Shown here: one piece after another, positions 12,969 through 27,557 of the stretch
Numbering within the stretch: the first letter of the stretch is position 1
How the letters are laid out: every line of letters begins with the position of its first letter
Translations under genes and position numbers: made by a program
Notes under the pieces: model-generated
What the model was told of the DNA's origin: nothing
Seen by the model: only the letters and a program-made list of their open reading frames with translations
The model's database searches: none
Assembly: GCA_003614675.1 (NCBI GenBank)
Contig: ML002227.1
Location: forward strand, 1 to 64,000
Source of the DNA: Dimargaris cristalligena
Taxonomy: Eukaryota
Reading direction: 5' to 3'
Length of the DNA stretch: 64,000 bases

Positions 12969-15900
12969 CTATAGGGCGTCGAAGTTAATAACGTGTAGAG
13001 TGCGGTCCTTTTCACGCTTGTCTTCTCGCTATGGAATGGCAAGGTGGAATACAGAGAGAGAGGGGGGAGAAAGTCACAAAATTAGGAGGGGGATGTGCAT
13101 ATAATGCAATATTATGAATGTGAGTGTGAGTGTTTAAAGGGTCAGTGGTATGGCCGACTATATAGATCTTAGATAAATGAACCGCAGTAATTAGACACCC
13201 CATCCAAATATCAGCAATCACCACCTCCACTGTTACAGATGGGCGGAACTTACCTTTTCGAACCAGTTAAGGACAAGGACAGTAGCAGCGAGCACGAATA
13301 TGGTTACTAGGAGGACAACAAGAACCCCCAGGGCCGACGAGCTAATATTGATGTAGAGCTCGATGCTCCAGCTGGTGGATTAGGTAATAATAATAGTAGT
13401 AGTAGTAGTAGTAGTAGTAGACGAATAGAAAATGAACAAGTCGTTAATTTGATGATTCATACCAGAATAAGAGTATCAGGGATCAGGGGCACTGATTGAC
13501 CGGTAGTAAATCCAAGACTGGGAGGGTTGGGTGGTGGATCGCTAAAATCATCGTCGGCACCGAGAAAGTTCTCCCTCTCTTAGGTTCAATTACAATCATA
13601 ATAGCAAGCATAACCATCATCATAATCAAAGAGCAGACGACGCGCTCCTCCCGCTCTTGGCCACCCCAAACCCTGTTTTACCTTTCAGCGTCTTTGGAAC
13701 TGCCCTGCCACGGCGAAATAACCAGCTGAGAGTTGGGTATAACCCCTGACCACATGCGATGGCTCCGGGACTGGTTGTAGTTGGACCCCACCACCAACTC
13801 CTCAACATAGTTGTTGGTGCGCCCCAGTCCAAAGAGGTTATACGGGGTCAGGCGGGCCATGTAGTTGCTCTGCGGAAGCTGCGCCAGTTGGGTCACCCGT
13901 TTCGTACCGACGTTATCAACGATGGTGTATTTGATCGTGGCCCCGGGGTAGTTGACTCCGTAGGGCGGGGCCCGGGGGGAGTCCGGATGGCCGCCGGGGC
14001 ACCACTTCAAACACACCCCGTTCAGCATGAGGGTTTTCGCGAAGAAGGCGTCTTTGAAAAAATTATTAAACATAAACTGGCTGTGCCAGGTTCCCGAGTG
14101 GTCCTGCGGGGACTGGAGCTGGATGATATCCAAGGTACCGTCGTCATCCAGGTCAAAGAACAACCCCGTCCGAAGACCCTTTTCCATGGCCAGGTCACTC
14201 ACTCCGTCAACCATGAGGGCCAGCGTCCGGCGTCGGGTCGTGGTCGCCCCCGTGGAGCACAGATTCCCGCTGCACTGGATCGAGTAGAGCAACCGAATCG
14301 CCGTCTGGTCCGTGCCCCCGTCGTTCTTGCGGGTAGTTAACATGGCGTCGGCGAAGCCATCGTAGTTAAAATCGCCGAGCTGTATTCGGAGTGAGTTGGC
14401 GCCCCGGAAATCAGGGTCTTGGAGCACCAGTGTCTCCTCGGGGAGCAGGTCATGCAGCTGGATGATGACGTGGTGGTCGTTCGATTCGCTGGCCTCCGTG
14501 TCGAATTTAAACTGGGGGTCGGCGATACACAAATCAGTGACCCGATGGCAACTAGTGGCCTGGTTGGGTCCGCAGGGTGGGGTTTGCTGGTTGTAAACAA
14601 TGTGGATTTGGCAGGCGCCCGATTTGTCGCCGGGGTCGCACGTGGGAAAGACCATGTCTACTGCCCCATCGCCGTCCATATCGGCGAAACTAACGGGCCC
14701 CGCGTGGGCGGGTAGGCTGCCCGAGCGGGCAAAAACCAGTCCCTTTTCGTTGGAGTTGGTCCAGATTTGATAGATTATATCAGTGGCACTCGCGCCTTGG
14801 CACGTCACAAACAGATCTGCCTGACAGTCTCCGTTAAGATCTAACCAGGCGTTGGAATGGGGGTGATTAAATTTACAAAGCGATTCATTTTGGTCAGACC
14901 ACAGCGTAATGTCTTCCAGCGTAAAGAGGGGCGCGGAGCCGTAGTCCTTGGCGTGATTCTTCCAAAGTTTTACAATATCTTTGCCGTCGGATTGGACGAA
15001 GCCCAGCAGGTCGGTGGTCATGTCCCCATTGGAATCGAAAAGAACGGGGTGGGCAGACGAGGCCGGCGAGAGAATAGACGGATTTGGCTCTGGATAGTGA
15101 AGGCAATGTCAAAGGGGAGGCAAGTGGTAGTTAATATCCGGATAGGTGAGGTCCAATCACCGGCGCATTGTCCTGCATACGCATGCAATAGTTACTAGGT
15201 TTTATACTGGCGGAGACTTACCAAACCCTCCCTGTCCATTCCCTAAATATATTTTCATGTAAAGCGGGCCATTAGCATCGTCTTGAGGATCCACCTGGCC
15301 TATAACCAGCAGGTCGAGCTGGCCATCGTAGTTGAAGTCGCCGGGTATCAGCGAGGTGGCCTGAATGGACGGGTCACTATCTAGTGACCGTTGCGTCAGA
15401 TCCAAGTGTGCCCCATCAGCTTTGTTGAATCCCCCTTCCTCTATGATCCACATGGATAGTACGGGGTGTATGGAGACATGTGCGGTTAGTAGGGTACTGT
15501 GTATGAATGAGCGGGGCATACTTCGGGCTAGATTGAGTAAATTAAAAGTAAACTCCAAATCTCGAAATGGGATCGTGTAGATATAACCTAATCCAAAAAG
15601 GGCGGTACCCATGCCCACAGCTCGACGACCGCCTTAAATTGGCCAGCCACATATATGTTCACTTACTACTATCCCACGTATAAACATCAATCTCGCGCTG
15701 TGAGCTGGACAGGATAAATAGATCGGTACTGTAAAGGGGGGTTGGTGGTATATGGCACACATTATGCACTACAGGTTATATAAGTGCCGCCATACTCAAA
15801 AGCGGGGAGTTATCGATTCAGTCCCAGCATACAATGTCAGTCCTAAGTAATTTTCTACCAAAGGAGCTTATTTACTTACTTTTTATCGTAGTTGAAGTCC

Positions 15901-16064
15901 CCGAAAGCGGCCACTTGGCCGGTCACTCCAGATAGGCCCACGTCGGGCACCGGGTAGAGCCCACTCTTGGGGAAACGCCATTTTCGCCGGGTGGCGGCCT
16001 GGCCTGAGGCCAATGTGACCACTGAAGCCAGGCTCAGACACCCAAGTAGGGCGGTGATGCGCAT
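12969..16064 (-). CDS. ITFG1: ITFG1/LINKIN (TIP) homolog, FG-GAP repeat type-I membrane protein, ~683 aa, 6 exons (16064-15880, 15728-15667, 15440-15222, 15089-13682, 13371-13254, 13028-12969)
   Basis: Signal peptide; repeated GDFNYD/DLNGD/DMDGDG motifs; PYNLFGLGRTNNYVEEL and IPNSQLVI; TM helix; tail EKREDKREKDRTLHVINFDAL; all GT-AG phases consistent. Confidence 0.9.
13384..13420. repeat. (TAA)n(TAG)n microsatellite in an ITFG1 intron; similar tracts at ~34317-34340, ~40383-40410, ~41644-41680 and (CA)n(CT)n at ~32996-33025
   Basis: Directly visible simple repeats. Confidence 0.8.
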
Positions 16065-16816
16065 GGTCTAAGGTCGGGGTGGATGGACCGGAAGTATAAG
16101 GGCAAAGTCCGCCTAAGCGAGGAATGGGCCCGTTGGCGGGATTGGTCTCAGTGGGAAATGCGAGAGGGGGTGGTAGTGGTGGTAGCTATGTCAACGTAGT
16201 GGAGTTGAACATGCGGGAATGGTCAATGGAACAAGTAAAATGGGATATATAAAACAGAAATGCGTAGGCAGGTAGGGATGGGATGGGCCGCTGAAACCTA
16301 TCGCACTGAAGCTTGGCAACCAACCACACCACAGGCCCGCTTCATTGTAAAGTAGTTGTGGATGCACGGCTTGCCCATGTCTCCCTCTATCATTACTAGA
16401 CAGCTCGGCAGTCAACGAATTGACCACGTTGTTGGAGTGACTTGCCAGTACTTGGGCTCGAGGACCCCATTACTCAAAGTAAGCAGTCCTGTGGCTGTGA
16501 ACATATAAATGGCGTTGCGGAATTCCCCCATCAGCAATTAAGGTTACGTCAAGTAAGTAAAGAGCAAACTCCGCCACCGGGTTTGGTGGCTTTTTTCCCC
16601 ACCCCACTACTACCCAAGCCTAGACCCCCTGAAGTCCTGGCCCTGGTCTGGTTTCTAAGGAAAACCTACTTGTCTCGCCCTTCTCTCCAACCGCATTTAT
16701 CCAACTCATATTACCCAGTTCTATTCATTGCAGCACAAGAGCACTGCCTGCTCGCATTTCTTTTATCTATTAGCCCATCCGGGAATTCCTACTATGAGAA
16801 TTGGCCGTTCGTCACC

Positions 16817-19800
16817 ATGCCCATGAAGAACAACGTCGTAATTGACGCCACTCGGCCCTGCCGGCTGGTCCTGAACAAAGTCACCTTGTACGAGACCCGT
16901 ACGGTAAGTGTCCGGTTCGTACCTGTTGCATTTGCCCCGTCACCACCCCAATGCTATTGCGGGTGGCAACCGCCCCTTCGAGCTCAGCTAACCACCATAC
17001 CCTCGTACCGCTTTTGGAAGAAGCCGGCCCCCACCACCTATTTTATCCCCATGATACTATAGTTCAACACCTTCCTATGTGCATACACTTCATGTTCCCC
17101 CGGCCACTACAATGTCAATTAAATAAGGTCGCTTCTCTGCTTACTATACTGTTTGTAATTACCTTCGAATCCCCGATACCGTTCAGCGGTACTATATCGT
17201 CGGTTCCAACCCAAGTGATACCCGTTTTCGGGTGCTCAAAATCGACCGAACCACGATACACAACCTCCAGCTGGTCGAGGACGATGTGGTGTATTCCAAG
17301 GACGAAATCACCGATTTACTATCCATGATTGACCAAGGCAACCGGGCCACGGGCGGTATGCACAAGGTCGTCACGGCGTACGGAATTGTAGGCTTCATTC
17401 GCTTCACGGGGTCGTACTACATTTGCCTTATTACCCAGCGTAGCGCCGTAGCCGTCCTGGGCGGTCACTACATTTACCACATTGACGGCACCATGCTACT
17501 CAACATCACCACCCACGACCAGAACATCCGGTCACCCCAGGAGAACCGCTACCTCAACCTGTTCCACAGTGTAGACTTGACCAAGAACTTCTACTTCAGC
17601 TATACCTATGACATTACCCATAGTCTGCAGTACAACATGACCCACCGGAACGAAGAGCACTCGTTCGCCTACAATGACATGTTTGTGTGGAACCACTACC
17701 TGCTTCAAACCGGTTTCGAAAGCCTGCGGAGCAACTCGGATTGGATTTTGCCCATCATATACGGCTTCGTCAACCAGTCCAACCTCAGCATCTTCGGTCG
17801 CAGTGTCTACGTTACCCTCATTGCCCGCCGGTCCCGTTTCTTCGCCGGGGCGCGCTTTCTCAAACGGGGGGTGAATGACGAAGGCTACGTGGCCAACGAG
17901 GTGGAAACGGAACAAATTGTGCACGAAATGACCACCACTTCATTCCATAAACCGGGTGATCTGTTCGGTAATCCTTCGTATACGTCCTTTGTGCAGCACC
18001 GCGGCTCGATTCCTTTATTCTGGTCCCAAGATACCTCCAATATGACCCCCAAACCACCCATCGAAATTAATACCGTGGACCCCTATTTTTCGGCCGCGGC
18101 CCTGCACTTTGACCATCTATTCAAGCGGTATGGCACCCCTGTCATCATTCTCAACCTCATCAAGGTAAGACCCATCGAGGTATTATACCCACGCCTTTCT
18201 GGAATTCCATTAAGAGTGCCCCGCGCCTCCTGCGAGGCTCACCTTTAAGAAATATATTACTAACTTGAATACGATACCATTGGCGCCATTTGCTTTCTCT
18301 AATGATTTTTATCGTTGGCCCGCCTTACCCTTTTCAGCGCAAGGAGGTGGTAAAGCGCGAGTCCAAATTGGGCCATGAGTTTGAACAGGCGCTTAGCTAC
18401 CTTAACCAGTTCCTCCCCAAGGATAAGCGTCTACTTTACATAGCCTGGGATATGTCGCGGGCGGACAAGAGTCCCCACGAAAACGTGTTTGACGTCCTGG
18501 AGGACATCAGTGAGCAGGCCATCCAGCGTACCCAGTTCTTTCATAGCGGTGCTGAACCTATGATCAATTTTCTCCGGGATACCGAAGCGGATATTGGCGA
18601 AGCTCTGGCCCAGCGCCGGCCCTTCCGTCTCCAGAACGGAATTCTGCGCTCCAACTGCATCGACTGTCTGGACCGAACGAATACCGCCCAGAACCTAATC
18701 GGTAAATGCGCTCTGGGCCACCAACTCTACGCGCTCGGAGTCATCAATACCCCGTTCGTGGCTTTTGACACGGAGGCGGTGCATCTCTTGAACAATATGT
18801 ACCGCCATATGGGCAACACCATTGCCCTTCAGTACGGTGGCTCACAGCTGGTTAACACCATCGAGTCGTACCAAAAAATTAACCACTGGACCAGTCAGTC
18901 GCGTGATATGATCGAAACCTTTCGCCGCTATTACAGCAATAGCTTTATAGGTAAGTGGTGCGTGTGCGATTGATTAGACTGCAACATCCGGCTATGATGA
19001 CTAGTTTATATTATACCGGCAAGGCTCGGAAATTTAATATACACGCCTACTATACCGTACACATATACTTTCCCTACTGCTAGATTCGGAAAAACAGGAT
19101 GCCATCAATCTGTTTCTAGGCAATTTCATATCCCGCACAGGTGAACCGACACTGTGGGAGCTGAGTACTGACTATTACTTACACAATAAGGATCCGCGCT
19201 ACAAACGCCGAAGTCGGAGGTAAGTGGACGCTAGGCCATCCGATAATTCTGAATAGCTTTTGGGAAGCAGGTCTACTACGATTTGCTTCTTGTGGGGTCC
19301 CTTAGACCTTGGAATAGAAAGTTCAACAACCATTACTAACCACACTCATTTTATGATTCCAACCCTATGTGAACCTTTTGGCCTTAGTTATATACATTGG
19401 TGGTCCGACTGCGCCCTCGTTTCCAAATACCAAACGGCCGAGCCCATTCCTCGGCCCATGATCACCCACCCCTCCGGGCCCCACTATCACTTGGATGGCG
19501 AGGATGAGCATCCCCTGATGAGCTACTGGATTGAATATTACCGACCCAAACTGTACACCAGTTTCTCCAAACTATTCGCCTTTAACATGAACAGCACCCT
19601 TAACCGGACCATGAGGTAAATTATTCCCCTTTGGTGGTTTCAAGAGGACACCCACTTGCAGGTATTCAGCCACCGTACTCGGTCGAGTGTCAAATTTGTG
19701 AATAGGTTAACACCTTTCGCTTACAGAAGGGACAATCCTCGCCTAGTTTAGCGCACGTCGGCTAATCCCATTGGGTCAACGCTGGCGTATCATTTCCCCC

Positions 19801-21780
19801 TAATTAATGTCCTTAGTTCAGATGGCGAAGAATGCAGCCCTTTAGTGCGGATTGACGGATCATGGAGTGCCACCTCGCCGTAAGTAACATGATTTAAATA
19901 TTTACTAATACATTGCGGCCAAGGAAAGTAGTATACGCGGCCTGTCGACGACTCTGGCTGGCCCATTTCTTTTCCTTTGCGGCCATGGTGAATGGGGCGG
20001 GTGACTTGCAAAAAAAAAAGGCACTAAGGAACACTGTCAGTCAGCGATATACTTACAATAACGGATGAGCTGGCGATGTAATGGCTTGGTATATAAGAAT
20101 AGGACAAATGTACCAGTCACCTACTCTAGACTGGGCTACATAGTCCAACCGTATTAGCGCGGGTTAATTACCAATGTTAAAGGCAGCGGCCTAATCATTC
20201 CTAGTACTTCCGCACCGTCTGTAATAGTGTGGATACGTAAACCAGGAGGGCGCGCATGATCCATCCGGAGGACTAGTTCGCACCACTCTTTCTCCGCCTT
20301 TTCTCACCACAGTTCTAATGAGAGAGTGGGGCCCAAAAGAAAAAAAGATTACACGATTTGCCAATCCTATTTTAGTTAACCCCTTTACATCGCCAACCAA
20401 CCGAATGCCACAAAAATGATGCTCTAATTACTTATGGCGTATCCTTATTTGGGACCCAACATCATATTTCTTTGACCATATATATCTCCTTCTGTCTATC
20501 AACCACATTTTGACTGTATATACCCCCCACATCACCCTCTTCCACACACTGTCTTTTTTGGTGCCACATCAGGGATAAGCGGCGTCCCGCTCAACAATGG
20601 CTACCCTTGCCCGAAACCACGTCAACTGAAGGGGAGGGGATTGTCAGTGCCCAGAACTCATTAACCAGTTCACCCGCCCAGAGTATCCGCCCACTGGGCC
20701 AGCCGCCCACTCAGTGGGCCGAATCCATTGCCTCATTTGAGACGGATGAACCCCCCATTTTACTGCATAGTCACCAGCCTCCCCCGCCCTTGCTGCACCC
20801 GCCCTATTCCGCCACGGCGGACAGGGAGAAAAGACCACCACCGGCGGTGGTCAACCGATCCCTTTGGACCGCCTGTGACAACCTCGAACCACTTAATGAA
20901 CCGGTTACGGGTCCCGATGAGGTGCAAGAATACCAACGGTAAGTTGTGTTTACTCACCCTGCTGATTTATTTCTAGCAGAAGGTGGATGTTGGAAGAGGG
21001 AGGAGGGGAGAGAGGTCTAATACGCAGTGAATGAATTGCTGTATTGTGTGGCCCTATACCTAATGAGACTAAACTAGTCACTGACGGGAGGGACAATCCA
21101 TCCTAGTTGACATATTTAGATTTGGTCATAATAGGTCCGGTAATGCTGTTAATGTATTCCGGTCCCTGCCGAGGGATGGTTTGGGTCACAGGCGACGCAC
21201 ATCATCCAAATAGGATGTTCTTTTTCTTTTAGAAGCCCGACAATCCTTCCGCATGCTAACATGGCCCGGATAATAGGTTTTCCCCTTCTCCCACTAACCC
21301 GTTCAAAAATCTATATATCCCAACCTGCATCATTTTTGACCTCCTTCCCCGCAACCGGAGAATAGATACATTGATCAATTCAAGGGCAATTTCCAATTCC
21401 ATGCGAACTGGGAGGATTTATCGAGCCTCGGGTCGGTCCAGGTAGGACCCAGCGATAAGCAATCCAGCCACCCGTATTCCCGGTCGATGCGGGGACTAAA
21501 CGAGCACAATGCCCACCTAATCCACCACCCCGACTACCGATTGTACTTTAACTACTACCAACAACCCATCCCCGATATTCAACTGACGGACGGTTCGGGC
21601 TGGGCCGATGAAGCCACTCAGTACTACCGGGACTATATTGAACAACCCCAGCGTTGGGTCGAGGAACCTCTCATTGCCCAAAGGGGGTCGGCTGCGGCCA
21701 ATCATGGTCAGACCACATCCCAGTACGACGGCTATCGCGTTTGGGTTAAAACTGGGAAATACCGGAATCCTAAAAAATGA
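16817..21780 (+). CDS. FIG4: Polyphosphoinositide phosphatase Fig4 (Sac domain), 8 exons (16817-16903, 17187-18164, 18338-18950, 19084-19219, 19388-19615, 19817-19879, 20573-20938, 21366-21780)
   Basis: TLYET start, [59 protein letters not shown], catalytic [25 protein letters not shown]; consistent splice phases. Confidence 0.93.
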
Positions 21781-24700
21781 TGATCATCTGGTCCCTATCT
21801 TATTATGGTGGCGATAGTTCACTTTACCAACCTGAATTGTGTGTGTGGGTTTGATTTTTTTAAAAAAAATGGTCAAAAAATAAGAATATATGTATTTGGC
21901 AATCCTGGCTATGACCACTTATCCAATAAGATTTTTCCTAATAAGATTATTTTTGTTAGATTACGAATAATTGTGGATAAATGCCGCGTTATTAGTGGGT
22001 TCTTCCTTACCCCCCACTGCCCGGAAGTCCTTGCTAAAATCCGACGTGAAACATATAACCCTAAGCATCGTAGTGCCGAATGAGGAGGGGGTTCTTCATG
22101 GAGTTGGAAACTTCCTATAAATGACGACTTGGTGATATGTGATTATTATTACTTCCACGGAAACCATACACTTGACTTATTTAACTTATTGATCCCCGCC
22201 GGGTGAGGGGGTGTGAGTATGTGTATATGGGAGAAAACGAGCCCAGTGGTTTAGGTTTCGGCTGGAAACGCTTAGGGAATTAAATGCGGGGTATTAGTAT
22301 TCAGCTGGGAGGAGGGAAGCGAGCAGGCCCCTCCAGTTAAAGTGGTTTAGGTTAATCAAGCTAACCGGAGCCAATTCCAAATTTTTCTATTTTCCGAACC
22401 TAAGCATCATATTACCAAAACGGGATGGAACGGCCTTTCGGAGTCCGGTGATTGGCTACCTCGATAGTGAACACACACACACCCTCTCTCTTCTCCCCAC
22501 CACTACCACTATCACCATTACCATTACCACAATAACCAACTCGACTTGCCATTAACGACCATTGGTCAGCTGCATTAAATGTTTCCTCTCAATTACCGGC
22601 TACTGATTTTCACACACCTTAACATAAGCTGTCATATACTTCCATACACTTAATGCCCTATTGTCTTGGGGGGCTGGGAATGATTCCGTGGTAACGAACG
22701 ATTTTAAATAACAGTACGGATATGGCAGTATCTCCACTCTCTGAATTAGGCAGTCGGGTGATTTTTCTATAATCCGCCAATATCCGGGGATACGGGGTGC
22801 TACGGGAAATTGGCAGTAGGTCGGAGAGGATTTAGGGAAGAGCAAAAGTGGAGATGATGGAAGGCAGTGAACGATGGGAGGGGCAGTCGAGGACATGTCA
22901 TATTCGAAGGAGTCTTCTGTATCAAGTAATCCGGTGATTGGTCAACGACCGTAAATTAAAAAGGGGCCAGCGATTAGAAGTGTCGTCCCACTTATTCAAC
23001 GGTGGTGCTTAGAAAGTCTTTAGTTATTTGTGGAAGGACAACTCATTAAGTAAATAGTACACTCGAGTATAATCGACTTAAGGTTGGAAGATAAAATGCA
23101 AGTAAACATCTGGGGCTGGAACGTCTTGAATGTGCCTAAATTAGACGACGTTCGGAGTCGCGAGGAAGGGGGAGTCAGAAGACACGGGTTACTTGGAAAG
23201 AGTGGCGATTGGGCCGGCGGAGGGAGTGTACATTGTAAATTACACCAATGGCCAGGGCGACCCGAAGTGTCCCCCCCTCCTCTATCTTTACATTATAGTA
23301 TAGCCCCTCTCATCGATAGGCATAAATGGACATCGCCAACGGGCTACTGTGTTGTGAATATTATTTATGCCTGCCCTAAAGCCCGTGTGTAGCATATCCA
23401 CGCCATATTTCCTTAATGGTTTCCGGTCCAACGGGGGTTTACTCGGCGCCTTTTTTTTATTACTTGGCCCCACCGTCCATCAGCGTGTACTCCCTACAAT
23501 CCACCCGAAGGGTATGGACAATAACCGAATTGCCGCGTTTAGTATGGCCAGATTATAGCCATGCATCAGTCGGTTCGCTGCACCGTGGCCGTCGGAACTT
23601 TTTTCCGGTGGTCTGTTTATCTGTTTCTTTTCCAGCATCGAATGAGTTGGGAGGATCTGCGCCCAGAGTGATACTGCAGTAATAATTTGGGTAGTAGACC
23701 AAACAGGCGGGCCATCCTATTTCAGCGTAATTTTCCCATTATCCAACCATCAAGAACGTGATTCCTATTGAATAAAGGATATTCCATAATATAACCTTGT
23801 TCGGTAGGAAGAGAATGCGGAAGTCCCGGTCCATTCCAGGGATACCTCAACATCACCCATAATAACGTTGGTATGTATTACAACATCAAATCTATTACTG
23901 TTCCCTAGTGATATGGGACCTCTCTAACCATCGCATATCCCTGTGACCCTTCTACTAGAATCTGTGACCACCCCAAGAGGGACGGATTTGCCAGCTGACA
24001 TGGGTATTTATCATTAAACCTTACCAGCTAGGGAAAATAATAAACGCCAAAGTTTTCAAATGTGAGGGTGAGAAGCTGGTATGGGGGGACACAGTTGGCC
24101 ATGTTCGGATCCAATGCTGGGACACCGGGTGGCATGTTGTTGCCTATCATGTAATACTTCCATGCCGACCGGGGGCTATATCACGATTTCAAAAAAAATT
24201 AATGATTACTTAATTGGTGAGTGCCCAATCATTGTCCAAACAGCCAGGCAGTTTCCTAGTTGGTCCGGCGGTGATTATAGAGGGTCGAACACAGACTAGC
24301 GGCTGTGGTGGATCATGGGGCGCAACAAGTATTACCCCATAGATTTGGCCACGCAAAGAATTAATGGGGGAAGCCCACGTTGTCTACTGCGACGGTCGCG
24401 TATTTTAACCAATCCATTATGGTTAAGAGGATAACTTTCCCGGGACCCGGCTCACATCAAGGCCAACGAAAAATAAAGGCGAATTTCCGCCCTTGCCTAG
24501 GTTTCCTCGCGCTTTCTTTCTCCATCTCTCTTCCCGCATGGCTATAGTCTTGGGGAAACCGGGAGACTGAAGATCCGTAATCCATCGGGGCGGCTCTGGC
24601 CTAGAAGGGCCGGGTCAGCCTCATCCGCGATTCTCATATATCCTCGCCATTACAGTCGCTCCCACGATGCTATGGGAGCAACGGCAGTCGGGGTCCATCA

Positions 24701-25592
24701 CACTGAGGCGGGGATGTTAAAATTACTATCTTCCTCCGATCCATAAGAAGCCTTACCCCACGGGGATAAAAGAGAAGGATTCGGCGGAACGCCCTTGCTA
24801 TTAACAGTACTCCACAACCCTGTACATTGGTACGGCCCGAGAGGATTCCCCGGTGTTGTATTTGACGTGTCCTATTTTTGGGAGATGGGGGAGGAGGAGA
24901 GGGATGCGCGGTAATATGCATTCCCTCTCGTGGATAGTCAAAGTCCACAGATCTTCTCATATTGGGTTCTCTCTGGCAGGGCAAGTCAGCGGAGAGAGTG
25001 GGGATTGGACCGCAACTGGTTTATCCGATAAGCACCTGTCTCCACAGGGTGAGTGGCGGCCTGAGAATTCAACGAAAAGGGACTGAGTCCACAAAAAAAT
25101 CCTTCCAACGGAAAATATTCAATAGCCCGTCGTATTGTTGAATCTCACCAAAATAAAATAAAGTAAAGTAACATTACCTTCTAATACAACCCATTCAGCG
25201 GTAGTAATCGCCGTATTTTGTTCGGCTGACGGCTTTTGCTAAATTCGGCGACTAACTGAAAAAGGGCATATTGGACGCTGACGGTTGTTTTCACATTTCT
25301 TGCCTGATTTCTTCCTCGCCTAACACCAATAATACCCGCTGTCCTATCAGCACCGTCCAATACCCGCCTTTGGCAACTCCATCAGCACACATGGGGGGTG
25401 GGGGAGGAGGGCAATTATTAACAAAGGAACGGATACATCATAACTACCATCCTTCGTATCATCCAACCACGGTGTGATTTATTTATCGGCTCAATATGTT
25501 GCTTGGGATTCGGAATCAACGGGTCGGTTGGGAAAGGAAAATACAAATAATACGAAAACGAAAAGAAGAAAAAAGGCACATCAAAGTTTAGA

Positions 25593-26060
25593 TCAGCGGG
25601 TCGATTTGGCGGGAGGGGGAGGCACGTAGGAATAATTCCAGCCCTTAGTCGGAGGGGTTTCGGTGGGAGCTTTCATCGCCCGGGGGAACAGCAAAGTGGT
25701 GTCTTTGTTTACCGCGCCCTTGAACAATCGGTAGTCAGTTTGGCGCAGTTCCTCAAACGCCGTCTGGATACGCTCGAATTTGGCCCGGGAGGCCAGGTCC
25801 CGTTGGGTGGCCTGCTGGGTGGTGTACAGCTGCCAGGCCCGCTCAATGGTCTCATGGCGCGCGAGATCTTCCGGGGTGGGGGGAATCTCGGGCCGGGGCT
25901 CGGTTTCGAAAAGCACCCGCTTGATCACATCGTGGCGCCGATCGTTGCTCTTGTGTTCGGCGGGCGCGTAGCCGGTCTTGGTTTTGATGAACGTGGAGGA
26001 GCGGGCCGCATTGCGGGTGAAATGGGCCCGGCGGGCTACAGAGAGACTGAGATTACGCAT
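25593..26060 (-). CDS. MRPL28: Mitochondrial ribosomal large-subunit protein mL40 (yeast MrpL28 family)
   Basis: Arg/Ser-rich presequence; RHETIERAW, AFEELR and LFPRAMKAPTETPP motifs typical of mL40. Confidence 0.85.
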   Translation of the reverse strand: MRNLSLSVARRAHFTRNAARSSTFIKTKTGYAPAEHKSNDRRHDVIKRVLFETEPRPEIPPTPEDLARHETIERAWQLYTTQQATQRDLASRAKFERIQTAFEELRQTDYRLFKGAVNKDTTLLFPRAMKAPTETPPTKGWNYSYVPPPPAKSTR

Positions 26061-27557
26061 AGCGAATTCGGCGATTCAGAATAGAAATATATACTAGAAT
26101 AAAGGGAATATTAAGGAGGGGGGGGAATGCAGTCTTGGATCGTAGGTGATTTCGACAAAAGGAATGGATAATCTATCTGCTAACAAAGACCTGGAATCCC
26201 ACCAATGGAGTAATGTAGCTGAGCTGCAGAGGAAAATCGGCGGCTTGATAGTGTATGCTAGATTAGACCCACCACTCCCCCACCCATCATCCTATGCCGC
26301 CCAACTCCCTCTAGGCACTTCCTAGTCCAGCTGAATAGGAGTTGTGTTGTTACACTATGAGGGTATCTTAAGCAGAGAAAGTGTGGGCTATAGGGGAGAC
26401 TTCTCCCCTCCTATTACTTACACCCCCACTAATTCCCCCCAAACTGTCTAGGGCTGGCGGCAGCTGAATTAGGCTAGACAGTGATTAATAATGCCATTAG
26501 AGGCTACTAAACCCCCTCAATCACGAATGTAGTCATCAAACTGCCTAAAATAGAAAAGGGTTATTCCCCGCGGCGCAACCATTCTGCATCATTCCGAAGA
26601 TGCCTGTTGCAGCCAGTCTAGCCCGAAACCCCCCCCAGAGAACCGGGCACTTAAAGTACACGGAGTTCAGAGCTCTCCGTGGTATGGGATATGGAGGTGG
26701 GTCCCTTGGGTAGATCAACTGAAGGAACGTGTGCTTCCAATTGTCGGGTTGGGCCTGCGTCCTTCGATGCACACGTCTAGAGGTGATTGATCTTTGTACT
26801 GTTTATCAGGTAGCGGCGACTAAATTATTTGCCCAGTTGCCCATTGAATGTTAAAATGCACATTGTTAGGTATGAGAAAAAACAAAAGGGAACAGTCACC
26901 CTGGAGTTTCCTTTCCGCCCAACTGACCCAATGAGCCTTCCCTCTCCCTATTCTGGGGCGGGTGATGCCAATGCCAAAGAGGGAGATTTCCATATATTCA
27001 TCACCCACCACCACCTATCACTTCAGCAGAAGTATATTACCATTTTAGTTCATCGCCAGAGTCGGCTTGGACGCCAATCCAACTACACTCCATAAATGAC
27101 CCCGTCTTCCAGATACTAAACCCTCACGCAGGGAAGCCCATTTCTGTTTTTTTGTTGTGCTACAAACCTTGGTAATCCCACTTGGATAACCACACACCTC
27201 TATGAAAAAATAATGAATCGGGGGAAATTTTGGTAGTTGACAGCCCCGGTTGCTTTGGTAACCAGCCCGGCGGGCATACTAGCCCAAAGGGCCAAGGTGC
27301 TCGGACGTTCACCCTTCCCCTCATTCATTATACGGATCGTGGAATATAAATAGTCCCTTCGGCGGCTTCCTATGGAGTACAAACCTCACATGCTATCGTT
27401 TATTACAACACATCGTTGTGCAGTAACCCTTGACCTCAGCCAACCAGCTTAAGCTCTCTTCTTGGGCAATCCGCACTATTTTTTTCGTTTTCATACATAA
27501 TACTGCCCCAGCGCCTTATTTATACCCACCCAATTCTCATATCAGCTTGCCATCACC

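Noticed and set aside
20074..20090. CGATGTAATGGCTTGGT in FIG4 intron 6 resembles the 5' end of fungal SRP RNA
   Set aside because: No downstream helix-8 GNRA/SRP54-binding motif or long rod-like pairing was seen.
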